A stretch of 64,000 nucleotides of DNA. It comes from Actinomycetes bacterium (lineage in GTDB: Bacteria > Actinomycetota > Coriobacteriia > Anaerosomatales > JAGXFU01). The first letter of the stretch is position 1. Each line of letters starts with the position of its first letter. Shown here piece after piece: positions 9,401-17,881 of the stretch. The position numbers were made by a program, and so were the translations under genes. The stretch is taken from positions 2,317 to 66,316 of the forward strand of contig JAGXFU010000010.1 in assembly GCA_024637115.1 (NCBI GenBank), in the 5' to 3' direction. The notes below the pieces were generated by a model. That model was not told the DNA's origin, searched no databases, and saw nothing but the letters and a program-made list of their open reading frames with translations.

Positions 9401-12284
9401 GAACGGGCTACGCATCGACGGACTCTGGTCGATCGGCATCTCCGGGGACAACCCGATCCTGCTCGTACGCGTCGATGAACTCGAACACGCACCCCTCGTG
9501 CGGCAGGCGCTGCTTGCCCACCAGTACTGGCGACACAAGGGCCTTGTTGCGGATATCGTGATTCTCAACACCCGCCCCACGGCCTATTCCGATGAACTCG
9601 ACAACAGACTACGGCTGCTTGTGCGAACCGGCCATGCACTGCAGCTCATGGACAAGCCGGGCGGTATCTTCCTGCGAAGATCCGATCAGATGCACCCCGA
9701 TGTTCTCAACCTGCTCCTGACCGTGGCGCGCGCGACCCTCGAGGGCGGCGGCGGCGGGCTTGAGGTGCAACTCAACCGCAGAGGGAAACGCCCTGATGAT
9801 CCTCCTGCTCTCGTTGTTTCACGCGCACCTGAGCACTTCGAGCATGCACCATTGGTGCGGCCTGATCTCGACTTCGACAACGGCCTTGGCGGATTCGATC
9901 CTGAGACCGGCGACTATGTGATCGTGCTCAAAGAAGGACAAACCACCCCAGCCCCCTGGATAAACGTCATGGCCACACCGGATTTCGGATGCATGGTGTC
10001 CGAGGCGGGCATTGGCTGCACCTGGGCAAAGAACAGTCACGAGAACCGCATCACGACCTGGAACAACGATGCGGTCTCAGACGGCACCGGCGAGGCACTC
10101 TACATTCGCGACGAAGAAACCGGCGAGTTCTGGAGTCCGACACCGCTTCCCGTCTGCGACGCCGAACCGTACGTTGTGCGTCACGGCAAAGGGTTCACCC
10201 GCTTTGAACACGCTTCGCACGGAATCGAGCAGGAGCTCGAGTGGTTCGTCCCAACGGCAGACCCGGTACGCGTGGCCCGTCTGACCCTGCGAAACGTGAG
10301 TGGCCGCGAGCGGCGTCTGAGCGTGACCCACTTCGTCGAGTGGGTGTTGGGCAGTTCGCGCAGTAAGGCACAGCACGTTGTGGTCACCTGGTTCGACGCG
10401 GAAACGGACATGTTGACCGCCCATAACCACTTCAACATGGACTTCCCCGGTCGTTCCGCGTTCATCGCATGCGACCGTGAGCTCCAGTCGTGGACCGCGA
10501 GCCGCACCGAATTCGTGGGCCGCAACCGCCGCCCTAACGACCCCATTGCGATGCATCGCTCTCGCCTCGATGGTCGTTCGGGCCGCTTCCACGACAACTG
10601 CGGCGCCCTCATGACCGAGATCGTACTGCCGGCGGGCGCCAGCGAGAGCGTCACATTCCTCCTCGGTCAGACCGATACGCTCGATGAAGCGCGCTCGGTG
10701 GTCGCGCGCTACCGGGAACCGGGCTGCGTCAACGATGCCCTCGTGGCGGTGCACGAACAGTGGGACGAGATCCTTGGCAGCGTCACGGTCAAGACGCCTG
10801 ATGCGTCGCTCGATCTCATGGTCAACGGCAATCTGCTCTACCAGTCAGTTGCGTGCCGTTTGTGGGGACGCACCGCCGCGTATCAGAGCAGCGGGGCGTA
10901 TGGATTCCGCGATCAGCTCCAAGACGTGCTGTGCCTCATGCTCACCCGACCTGACCTGGTGCGCGCGCAGATCGTGGAGGCCTCACGTCACCAGTTCGAG
11001 GAAGGCGACGTACTCCATTGGTGGCAGCCATTCTCCGGCCGGGGAGTCCGCACCCGCTTTACCGACGACCGTCACTGGCTGCCCTACGTGGTCGCCGAGT
11101 ATGTGAGCGCAACAGGCGATATGAGCGTACTCGACGAGTTGACGGCCTTCATCGACGGACCTGAACTCGCTCCGGGACATGAGGACAACTATCTGCAGCC
11201 TTCGATCTCCGAGAAAGCTGCAACCGTCTACGAGCACTGCGTTGCCGCTCTTGAATCCGCTCGGGGCACCGGCCCCCACGACCTGCCCCTCATGGGCGGG
11301 GGCGACTGGAACGACGGCATGAATCGCGTAGGACTCGGAGGGACGGGAGAGAGCGTGTGGCTCGGCTGGTTCCTCAACGTGGTCCTCACGCGCTTCGCCA
11401 CCGTCTGCGAGCTGCACGGAGAACCGGATCGAGCCGCGGAGTACCGAACCTGGGCGGCCACACTGATCGAGTCGATCGAGCAAGAAGCCTGGGATGGCGA
11501 GTGGTACCGCCGCGCGTACTTTGACGACGGGACTCCCCTAGGAACGAGCTCCGCCGAGGAGTGCCGCATCGGTGCGATCGCACAGGCATGGGCAACGATC
11601 TCCGGCGCCGGAGACCCGAAACGTGCGGAGCATGCGCTCGACTCAGTGGAGGAGAAACTGGTCCGCCGCGAAGACGGCCTCATCCGTCTGCTCACGCCGC
11701 CATTCGATCACATGCCCCACGACCCCGGCTACATCAAAGGATATGTGCCGGGTGTGCGGGAGAACGGCGGACAGTACACTCACGCCGCCATCTGGGTGGT
11801 GCTTGCACATCTGCTCAGGGGCAACGGTGACGAAGCGGCCGGCCTGTTCCGGCTCATAAACCCGGTCAACCACGGCACTACCCCGCAGGAGGTCGCGCGC
11901 TACAAAGTCGAGCCGTACGTTGTTGCAGCGGACGTGTATGCAGCAGATCCTCATATCGGGCGCGGTGGATGGACCTGGTACACGGGTTCGGCCGGATGGT
12001 TCTATCGCGTGGTCGTGCAGTACCAACTCGGGCTCTGGACCGAGGCAACCGCTGAGGGACGAGCGCTCAGGATCGATCCGTGCATTCCGAAGTCATGGCC
12101 TCGATTCGATATGGAATACCGCTTCGGCGACACGCTCTATCGAATCGCCGTCGAGAACCCCCGTGGAGTCAATCGGGGCGTTGAGCGCGTTACCGTCGAC
12201 GGCACGATCGTCCCCGATGGCCGAATCCCCCTCGATCCCGGCGGAGGGGTACGTGAGGTTCGCGTGACGCTGCTCGGCGGATAG
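3489..12284 (+). CDS. ndvB: Cyclic beta-1,2-glucan synthase (Cgs/NdvB/ChvB-like; GT84 + cyclising domain + GH94 phosphorylase), ~2930 aa
   Basis: EWLLDNYY, GWERKRG, TLDADT, SHDLIEG, RWVRGDWQ, APDNFQE, SWSASMFEYLMP, FRDQLQD, GDWNDG, ENGGQYTHAA, WTWYTGSAGW; start likely GTG 3489 or ATG 3495. Confidence 0.93.
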   Translation: MRMSRHARDSETSPFRQEFLSAERLADRARELAGSQPMDFGTIKGSTPLSALIETAATSLSEHNAVLARAVRLQHPISPASEWLLDNYYLIEEQIHAIRDDLPTGFGQELPFLTSGPYTRHPRTYEAVVTLLGHSDARVDEEYLHRFIEGYQDVSPLTIGEVWAIPIMLRVALVENLRRLSHRVVAAHSAGRVADEWADRLLLSAQDEPDDLHDLIDQLEHSLPDDLSTFYVRMSLRLSGQDVGVDPINHWLDRMLEGIELSLDTLSLEQQQMQAADQVSIANTITSIRFLDAYEWKSFFEKVCFVEQILRQDPVGVYERMDFASRDRYRHAVEDLGRRCPHSEIEVAEAAISWCLNALDEHVTDPLRGHVGHYLISGGRLSLERSIDYKPHGRELLYRGPLSHHGVFYWGLFGITTTLLAGVLAFWMVAGNASPAAALLLLILAVVPLSDLALNITNRISAWVFPPRILPKLDYHQPIAESHRTLVIVPALMSSSSAVQHVIDNLEVAYLANRDPNIAFGLLGDLKGAAKQHVPADAEIVVAATRGIEMLNDRYEAEHGRRPFCLFIRGRRHNEIEDVWMGWERKRGALSELNAALRGSTETSFTERIGASEFLESVTFVLTLDADTQLPRDGAAKLIATISHPLNRAQLGHDDERVRKGYGLVQPRVSMSLPASTESFFAWLYSGETGVDPYAGAVSDTYQDVFGEGSFTGKGIYEVNIFNAVLEGRFPDNTLLSHDLIEGNFARVALASDIEVFDDHPASYLSHMARLHRWVRGDWQTLPWLLLRIPAKGGRHSRNPLSSLHRWKMTDNLRRSLVAPTLLLLITIGWLLVPGPSWAWPLAMMLVVFFPVYFSLADSLVFRSRSFSFQAAAGTIWRDFGRDSARAVLSLTLLPHQAWLMTDAIVRALWRMNVSHHNLLEWETAADADRRLGNSLAGFLRKLLPSSLLALGLLAIATVDHPGRAGVAAALGLIWLSAPVVAWWVSRKTVPAPFELTDSDAHELRIVARRTWRFFETFVTEEGHYLAPDNFQEDPGATIAFRTSPTNIGLQLLSGLTAYDLGYITLRGLMMRTSDTMNTMAGLERFRGHFYNWYDTRTLQPLPPNYVSTVDSGNLAGHLLVLRIGLLEASEGPLLGAQLLHGLVDTADLAIDDLHTERGDLQPAPIAHALREQLEEIRRDIELENEPEDLGEWYALLRRLDTLVAAATASVGELADGQETGESPFPVTPVQRVRASVRALEKFTHEAHMMLRNLAPWAPLITNVPDAVLQDERSKDLLPLFEYVPSLVGLAEGLAECLSTLDSIAASPAGSSPEDQESAREWASRVSESIRQSRPNSVELLARLRLTANMAREMWEHTDFRMLFDSQRLLFSIGYNTTEGHLDPSFYDMLASECRLASFLAIAKGDVPQEHWFRLGRSITQTSGGRALLSWSASMFEYLMPLLVMRTWPTTLLDQTYHSVVERQVQYGRERSVPWGVSESAFNAKDSELTYQYQAFGVPGLGLKRGLSDDIVVAPYASVLSLPIAPLEVLANLRVLAAQGVRGRYGFYEAVDYTPGRIPAGESRAIVKAYFAHHQGMSLLALGNELAGRTMRERFHRDPMVTTAELLLQERVPHTVQLAHPNVEEVRSVRSIRDLPPPVTRSYPLADTPVPATHFLSNGDYSVMITNGGGGYSRWRGLSVTRYREDVTRDSWGQFFYVRDVDTGAVWTAANNPVVNEPDDYHVTFSAEKAEFHRRDGDIETNTEIAVSPEDDAEVRRLTIVNHGRSARHIEVTSYFEIAIVEQNADQAHKSFSNLFVETEAHSATNTVLFSRRPRSEHESRPYGFHTLGCEDRDSCEWSFETDRVQFLGRLNQCDNPVAINAGGELSCTVGAVLDPSCSIRKAVLVPPGGSARLVFTTGVAETREEALHLSEKYHDMRSAQRAIDLGWTTAKIELRDLGLSPQEAVVLQRLASRLLLTDPRSLLKVKTPAENGLRIDGLWSIGISGDNPILLVRVDELEHAPLVRQALLAHQYWRHKGLVADIVILNTRPTAYSDELDNRLRLLVRTGHALQLMDKPGGIFLRRSDQMHPDVLNLLLTVARATLEGGGGGLEVQLNRRGKRPDDPPALVVSRAPEHFEHAPLVRPDLDFDNGLGGFDPETGDYVIVLKEGQTTPAPWINVMATPDFGCMVSEAGIGCTWAKNSHENRITTWNNDAVSDGTGEALYIRDEETGEFWSPTPLPVCDAEPYVVRHGKGFTRFEHASHGIEQELEWFVPTADPVRVARLTLRNVSGRERRLSVTHFVEWVLGSSRSKAQHVVVTWFDAETDMLTAHNHFNMDFPGRSAFIACDRELQSWTASRTEFVGRNRRPNDPIAMHRSRLDGRSGRFHDNCGALMTEIVLPAGASESVTFLLGQTDTLDEARSVVARYREPGCVNDALVAVHEQWDEILGSVTVKTPDASLDLMVNGNLLYQSVACRLWGRTAAYQSSGAYGFRDQLQDVLCLMLTRPDLVRAQIVEASRHQFEEGDVLHWWQPFSGRGVRTRFTDDRHWLPYVVAEYVSATGDMSVLDELTAFIDGPELAPGHEDNYLQPSISEKAATVYEHCVAALESARGTGPHDLPLMGGGDWNDGMNRVGLGGTGESVWLGWFLNVVLTRFATVCELHGEPDRAAEYRTWAATLIESIEQEAWDGEWYRRAYFDDGTPLGTSSAEECRIGAIAQAWATISGAGDPKRAEHALDSVEEKLVRREDGLIRLLTPPFDHMPHDPGYIKGYVPGVRENGGQYTHAAIWVVLAHLLRGNGDEAAGLFRLINPVNHGTTPQEVARYKVEPYVVAADVYAADPHIGRGGWTWYTGSAGWFYRVVVQYQLGLWTEATAEGRALRIDPCIPKSWPRFDMEYRFGDTLYRIAVENPRGVNRGVERVTVDGTIVPDGRIPLDPGGGVREVRVTLLGG

Positions 12285-12342
12285 CGATCCGCTCGTGTCC
12301 AGCTCGACCAGGCTTCCCAAGGCACTGGGAACCGTCGTCGTC

Positions 12343-13167
12343 TTAGGCGTCGGTCCCCATCCAGCGCTTGTGAAAGAACCTCATCACCCGCTGATCGCCC
12401 AGAAGCCTTCTTGCGGCAAGAATCGGGCGCGCGTATGCAGCAACCGGATAGCGCATGCGGTCCCCCGAATCCTCTATCGCGCGGCGAATCTCATTCGCGG
12501 CTTTGGCGGGTGCCGTCCGGTCGTTGATCGACGTCTCGAATCGCATCATCGCGAGCTGATATGCGCGATACGGCTCAGAAACATCGAGCGCGTCTGCCGA
12601 GGAAGGCAGAGCCTTTCCCCAGATCGCGGTCTCAACGAAACCCGGTTCTATGGCGATCACACGGATTCCGAACGGCTTCAGTTCATGCCATAGCCCCTCG
12701 CTGAACCCCTCAAGCGCATGCTTGCTCGCATTGTAGGTCCCAAAGAACGGAAAGGTGATGCGCCCACCAAGCGACGTGACGTTCGCGATCGTGCCGCTAC
12801 CGCGTTGGCGCATCGCGGGCACGAGGGACATGGCGAGACCGATCTGTTCGAACACGTTGACCCGGAAGAGGTGCTCTATCTCCTCGGCAGATGTGTCTTC
12901 GACAGCTCCGAACTGCAGCATACCGGCGTTGTTGAGCAGCACGTCAGGGACTCCGTATCGCTCGATGACCCGTGCGCCCAGCTCTGCGCCGCTCCCCTGC
13001 ACGGCCAAATCGAGAGCCTCAAGCGCGACATCTCCCGGCCACACTCGATCGGCGAGCTCCCCGGGAGTGCGAGCGGTGCCGATCACGCGCCATCCCTCAC
13101 GGGCAAACAGTTCTGCGCAGGCGTGCCCGATACCCGAAGAGACCCCGGTGATCAAGATGCTTCGCAT
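12343..13167 (-). CDS. Short-chain dehydrogenase/reductase (SDR)
   Basis: TGVSSGIG, NNAG, YNASK. Confidence 0.93.
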   Translation of the reverse strand: MRSILITGVSSGIGHACAELFAREGWRVIGTARTPGELADRVWPGDVALEALDLAVQGSGAELGARVIERYGVPDVLLNNAGMLQFGAVEDTSAEEIEHLFRVNVFEQIGLAMSLVPAMRQRGSGTIANVTSLGGRITFPFFGTYNASKHALEGFSEGLWHELKPFGIRVIAIEPGFVETAIWGKALPSSADALDVSEPYRAYQLAMMRFETSINDRTAPAKAANEIRRAIEDSGDRMRYPVAAYARPILAARRLLGDQRVMRFFHKRWMGTDA

Positions 13168-13296
13168 GCCGCCCCCTTGTTCTGGCCGCTCATGGATCCT
13201 GCTGTGCGCAATCTTCCCCGTATGGGAAATATATACCTAATAGAGGCGCCGCATATTTCGGACGCCATTTCGTATCATCAATCCTGAGGGGGTCTC

Positions 13297-14673
13297 GTGC
13301 GCATCGCAGTCATTGGATCGGGAATCGCGGGAATCGGTTCAGCCTGGCTTTTGTCGCCTGATCACGAGGTGGACATCTACGAGGCGGCGGACTACCTTGG
13401 CGGTCACACGTGCACCATCGATGCCACCGTTGACGGCGTGACGTTTCCCGCTGATACCGGCTTCATGGTCTTCAACAAGCGCACGTATCCGAACCTCATC
13501 CGATTCTTTCGGGAGCTCGGAGTCGAGTGGTCGGAGTCGGACATGTCCTTCTCCGTTCAGGTACCTGCCGAGGACATCGAGTGGGCTGGAACCAGTCTGG
13601 ATAGCGTGTTCGCCCAGCGAAAGAACCTCGCGAACCCCAAGTTCCTCAAGATGCTCGCCGATGTCGTGCGGTTCAGCCATGATGCTGACCGGCTCCTGGC
13701 CGACCCGTCGATCGACAACCTCACGCTTGGCCAATTGCTGGAACGCGAGAAGTACAGCACCGGTTTCACCGATTGGTATCTCATCCCCATGGGCGATGCG
13801 ATCTGGTCGACCCCTCCGGGCGGCATGCTCGAGTACCCGGCCGGTACATTTCTGCGCTTCTGCGACAATCACGGCCTTCTGCACATCACGGGAAAGCCCC
13901 AGTGGCGCTCTGTCATAGGCGGCGCGCGCGAGTACATCCGGCGAGTCGTGCCTTCTGTCAGTGGCGAGATCCACAGTAACGAGCCGGTCGAGCGGGTGGA
14001 GCGCGCCAACGGGAAGGTCTCCGTATCGACCGCCGCGCGCAACGAGATCTACGACAAGGTCATCATCGCCACCCATCCTCCGCAAACGCTCGAGATGCTC
14101 GTCGATGCGACCGCACAGGAGCGCGCCACGCTGGGAGCGTTCACCTTCTGGGACAACGATGTCGTGGTACATACCGACACCAGTTTCCTACCCAAGAAGC
14201 GAAAGGCGTGGGCGGCGTGGAATTGGTATGCGGAAAACGGAGACGCCACCAAAGACATGCTCGTTCTCACCTATCAACTCAACTGGCTTCAACAGATTCC
14301 CGTCGAAACGATTGTCATGGAGACGCTCAATCGCGACCGTGAGCCGGCTCAAGGAACCCTACTTGCGAACTTGCATTTCGATCATCCCAACTTCTCACAT
14401 GAGGCGATTCGTGCGCAGGCCCGAATCCCTGAATTGCAGGGAACCGGTGGCGTGTACTTCGCCGGAGCATGGACCCGCTACGGGTTCCATGAAGACGGGC
14501 TTCTCTCGGCGGTGCGCGTAGCCGAGATGCTCGGGGCACCACCCCCCTGGGGTAGCGAACTCGACGCCACCCGGACCAAGGCACTTGTGGGCGAGGACGC
14601 CGGCCTGCAGCCCGTGCGCGACCCTGCGAGCGCGCCGGCTGCCATCGCAACAGAGGAAACGGACGCCTCGTGA
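13297..14673 (+). CDS. FAD/NAD-binding oxidoreductase (COG2907, UfaD-like)
   Basis: GSGIAG, DTGFMVFN..TYPN, AWAAWN, YGFHEDG. Confidence 0.88.
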   Translation: MRIAVIGSGIAGIGSAWLLSPDHEVDIYEAADYLGGHTCTIDATVDGVTFPADTGFMVFNKRTYPNLIRFFRELGVEWSESDMSFSVQVPAEDIEWAGTSLDSVFAQRKNLANPKFLKMLADVVRFSHDADRLLADPSIDNLTLGQLLEREKYSTGFTDWYLIPMGDAIWSTPPGGMLEYPAGTFLRFCDNHGLLHITGKPQWRSVIGGAREYIRRVVPSVSGEIHSNEPVERVERANGKVSVSTAARNEIYDKVIIATHPPQTLEMLVDATAQERATLGAFTFWDNDVVVHTDTSFLPKKRKAWAAWNWYAENGDATKDMLVLTYQLNWLQQIPVETIVMETLNRDREPAQGTLLANLHFDHPNFSHEAIRAQARIPELQGTGGVYFAGAWTRYGFHEDGLLSAVRVAEMLGAPPPWGSELDATRTKALVGEDAGLQPVRDPASAPAAIATEETDAS

Positions 14674-15434
14674 ACAGCTCCCTCTACAGAGGGCACGTTG
14701 CTCACGAACGGCACGCTCCTGTGCGCAATCGATTCCGGTACGGAATCTACTACCTGTACGCGGATCTGGGTGAGCTCGACGATCTGAGCCGGTCGTTGCG
14801 ACTCTTCTCACACAACGGTACATCCCTGGTCACATTCCAAGACAGGGACCACGGCCCGCGCGACGGTACGCCCTTGCGCCCGTGGATCGATGGCCTCCTC
14901 GCCCGAGCGGGGGTCGATCTCGAAGGCGGCGCGGTACGAATCCTCACCTTCCCGCGGGTCCTGGGGTTCAAGTTCTACCCCGTGGCGTTCTGGTACTGCT
15001 TTCATGCCGACGGCACGCCGCGGGCCGTTCTCGCTGAGGTGCAGAACACCTTTGGCGAGCACCACAACTACCTGCTGCACAAGCACGGAGAACCCATGGA
15101 TCTCGCCCATGAACGCCCCGGGGCGGTGAAGGCGTTCCACGTGTCGCCCTTCATAGAGCTGGACGCGCGCTACGAGTTTCGCTTCACCGAGCCCGGAGAC
15201 ACACTCGCCGCTTCGATCTACGACTATGTGAAAGGCCCGCTCCTCCTTGTCGCGGCGGTGAGTCTGGACCGCCGAGACCTCACCGATGGAGAGATCCTCC
15301 GGACGGTTCTGCGATACGGACCGATGTCGTTGCGCGCCTGGCTCCTGATCCACCTCCAGGCGATACGGATCGTGATGAAACGAATCCGGTATGTCCCGCA
15401 TACTCCTGCACCCGAAGAGGACACCTCGTTATGA
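14670..15434 (+). CDS. DUF1365 family protein (UfaO-like)
   Basis: GHVAHER..PVRNRFRY, EVQNTFGE, KAFHVSPF; overlaps both neighbours. Confidence 0.88.
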   Translation: MNSSLYRGHVAHERHAPVRNRFRYGIYYLYADLGELDDLSRSLRLFSHNGTSLVTFQDRDHGPRDGTPLRPWIDGLLARAGVDLEGGAVRILTFPRVLGFKFYPVAFWYCFHADGTPRAVLAEVQNTFGEHHNYLLHKHGEPMDLAHERPGAVKAFHVSPFIELDARYEFRFTEPGDTLAASIYDYVKGPLLLVAAVSLDRRDLTDGEILRTVLRYGPMSLRAWLLIHLQAIRIVMKRIRYVPHTPAPEEDTSL

Positions 15435-16630
15435 GTACCGCACCGCGAAACAGATCATTCAGTGAACGCGCCGTTGAGGCTCTTCTTTCGCGCATGGCCG
15501 TTGGAGAACTCACGCTTGAACGCCCCGACGGCTCGCTGACGGAGTTCGCCGGCTCTGAGCCGGGTCCCCACGCACGGGTTCGGATCGTTGATCCGGCTGC
15601 CGCGCGACGTATCCTGACCCGGGGAAGCCTAGGAATGGCCGAGGGCTACATGGAGGGCGACTGGGAGACTCCCGACCTGTGCGCACTGCTTGACCTCGGT
15701 ATCCAGAATACGAAGCACGAGAACGTGGGTCGAATTCCCTCACCACTGCGGCCCACGCAACGCCTGTGGCATCGAATGCGCTCCAACTCCAAGCGCGGCT
15801 CCAGGCGCAACATCTCCTACCATTACGACCTGGGCAACGAGTTCTACGGCCTGTGGCTCGACGACACGATGGCGTACTCCTCGGCACTGTTCTGCGAATC
15901 TGGGGACGCTCAGTGCGAAGATCTCCAGAGTGCGCAGCGCGCCAAATGGAACCGCCTGCTTGAGGTGCTGCAGCCATCCAGGGCCGATCATCTTCTTGAA
16001 CTCGGGTGCGGCTGGGGGGGCTTTGCCATCCATGCCGCCAAAGAAGCCGGCTGCAAGGTCACGGGTGTGACGATCTCCCGGGAGCAGTACGACTGGGCGC
16101 AGCGATACATTGCCCATGAGGGGCTCGAGGGACGGGTGGATATCCGACTACAGGACTACCGGGATATCTCCGAACAGTTCACGAGACTCGTTTCGGTCGA
16201 GATGTTCGAAGCCGTAGGAGAGAAGTACTGGCCGGTGTTCTTTGGCCGTGTGCGCGATCTGCTCGGTCGCGGGGGAAAGGCCGCCATCCAAACCATCACG
16301 ATTTCCGACGAAAGCTTCGAGCAGTATCGGGACAATCCCGATTTCATACAGCGCTACATCTTCCCGGGCGGCATGCTCCCGAGTCCCGAGCGCTTTTCTC
16401 TCCAAGCACATGAAGCGGGGCTGGTCATTGGCGAGCCGCACTTCTTTGGGTTGAGTTACGCGCGAACGCTTGAACGGTGGCTGGAGCGTTTCGATTCGGC
16501 GCGAGATCAAGTGCTCGACATGGGATTCGATGAACGTTTCGTACGCATGTGGCGATACTATCTGGCCTACTGCCGCGCAGGTTTCATGGCGGGAAACATC
16601 GACGTCATGCAGATCGAGCTCGAGCGCTAG
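15431..16630 (+). CDS. cfa: Cyclopropane-fatty-acyl-phospholipid synthase family SAM methyltransferase (UfaM/Cfa-like)
   Basis: HYDLGNEFY, LELGCGWG, EMFEAVG, FIQRYIFPGG, WRYYLAYC. Confidence 0.9.
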   Translation: MSTAPRNRSFSERAVEALLSRMAVGELTLERPDGSLTEFAGSEPGPHARVRIVDPAAARRILTRGSLGMAEGYMEGDWETPDLCALLDLGIQNTKHENVGRIPSPLRPTQRLWHRMRSNSKRGSRRNISYHYDLGNEFYGLWLDDTMAYSSALFCESGDAQCEDLQSAQRAKWNRLLEVLQPSRADHLLELGCGWGGFAIHAAKEAGCKVTGVTISREQYDWAQRYIAHEGLEGRVDIRLQDYRDISEQFTRLVSVEMFEAVGEKYWPVFFGRVRDLLGRGGKAAIQTITISDESFEQYRDNPDFIQRYIFPGGMLPSPERFSLQAHEAGLVIGEPHFFGLSYARTLERWLERFDSARDQVLDMGFDERFVRMWRYYLAYCRAGFMAGNIDVMQIELER

Positions 16631-16651
16631 CGCCACTTCCCTGCTACGCAA

Positions 16652-16684
16652 AGAAACCCCGCTCGCGAGAACGGGGTTTCTCTT
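16652..16684. terminator. Bidirectional terminator between cfa and tRNA-Ile
   Basis: AGAAACCCCG/CGGGGTTTCT stem. Confidence 0.75.
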
Positions 16685-16692
16685 GTTCTGGA

Positions 16693-16769
16693 TGGTGGGC
16701 CCGATTGGATTCGAACCAATGACCTCACGGTTATCAGCCGTGCGCTCTAACCAACTGAGCTACGGGCCC
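16693..16769 (-). tRNA. tRNA-Ile (GAU)
   Basis: GGGCCCGTAGCTCAGTTGGTTAGAGC..CT-GAT-AA..GGTTCGAATCC..GGGCCCACCA, encoded CCA. Confidence 0.97.
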
Positions 16770-16793
16770 GCGCGTTTGCAGAAACGCTTCGAT

Positions 16794-16822
16794 ACCTTAT
16801 TACAGCGCAGGTAGCGCGTCAA
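16794..16822 (-). promoter_or_regulatory. Sigma70-type promoter for tRNA-Ile
   Basis: TTGACG-17nt-TAAGGT on minus. Confidence 0.65.
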
Positions 16823-16839
16823 GAATTCCACCAGCGGCG

Positions 16840-17247
16840 CTAGCGGCTCGGTCCGCCATCGATCATCTGCACGACCACGCTCCGCGTTCGCGGGCCGTCA
16901 AACTCGCAGAAATAGATACCTTGCCAGGTTCCCAACACGAGAGACCCACCCGATACTGCGACAAGTTCGCCGGCTCCCACGAGTGAGGACTTGATGTGCC
17001 CGTCGGAGTTGCCTTCGCCATGTCGATACCCGCCTGCACGCGGGGCAATCCTTTCTAGCCCCGCCAGAACGTCCTCCACCACAGCAGGGTCGGCATTCTC
17101 GTTGATCGTCACGGCTGCGGTCGTGTGGGGCACAAACACGAGCACGGCTCCATCGCGCACTCCGTCCCGCTCCAACGCAGCGGCCACCTCACGCGTGATA
17201 TCGAGCATCTGCTCCCTGCGCGTTGTCTGGACTTCAAATCGTTCCAT
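16840..17247 (-). CDS. yjbQ: YjbQ/UPF0047 family protein
   Basis: PHTTAAVTINENADP, EGNSDGHIKS, LGTWQGIYFCEFDGPR. Confidence 0.92.
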   Translation of the reverse strand: MERFEVQTTRREQMLDITREVAAALERDGVRDGAVLVFVPHTTAAVTINENADPAVVEDVLAGLERIAPRAGGYRHGEGNSDGHIKSSLVGAGELVAVSGGSLVLGTWQGIYFCEFDGPRTRSVVVQMIDGGPSR

Positions 17248-17359
17248 CGCCCTGGCCCTCCCCTTGCTTGCTTCCCGTATCATAGTGGAACGTACTCACC
17301 AGGCGGCCGTCACAGATACAGACGCTCGTCTGCCCCCCGAAATGAAGGCGGTGTCCCTC

Positions 17360-17860
17360 ATGATTCACGTGCGCCTCGCATCGCTGAGTGTTGATGCCAC
17401 CACGAACCAGCCGGTCATCATCTTGCGGCCGATCGAACAGACGGCCGATCCGGTACGCATGCTACCAATATGGATCGGGCACCCCGAAGCGACCGCGATT
17501 CTTCTCGCGCTCCAAGGTGTGCAACCCCCTCGGCCCATGACGCATGACCTACTCAGAAGCATCGTCGAATCCCTCGACGCCGTCGTCGCCCGCGTGGAGA
17601 TCACCCGAGTCGAGTCCGGGACCTTCTTCGCATCGGTAGTCCTGCGAGCCGAGGAGCGCACCGTTGCCGTAGATGCCCGCCCCTCCGACTCGATCGCGCT
17701 TGCGATCCGCACCGGCTCCCCGATCTTCGTTGCCGAAGAGGTGCTCGACGCAGCGGCTGTCATCGAGGTCGAAGAAGAAGCGGGCGTGAACGAGGAAGCC
17801 GAGGTCGAGCAGTTCCGTGAGTTCCTCGACCATATCGACCCGAGCGACTTTCAGAGCTAG
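17360..17860 (+). CDS. Bifunctional nuclease family protein (DUF151)
   Basis: LPIWIG..EA, RPMTHDL, DARPSDSIALA, FREFLD. Confidence 0.92.
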   Translation: MIHVRLASLSVDATTNQPVIILRPIEQTADPVRMLPIWIGHPEATAILLALQGVQPPRPMTHDLLRSIVESLDAVVARVEITRVESGTFFASVVLRAEERTVAVDARPSDSIALAIRTGSPIFVAEEVLDAAAVIEVEEEAGVNEEAEVEQFREFLDHIDPSDFQS

Positions 17861-17881
17861 GGACGCTCGGCGCTGTCGTGG

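Noticed and set aside
16693-16769. tRNA-Ile as a possible island integration site
   Set aside because: No integrase and no duplicated tRNA 3' end seen in the window
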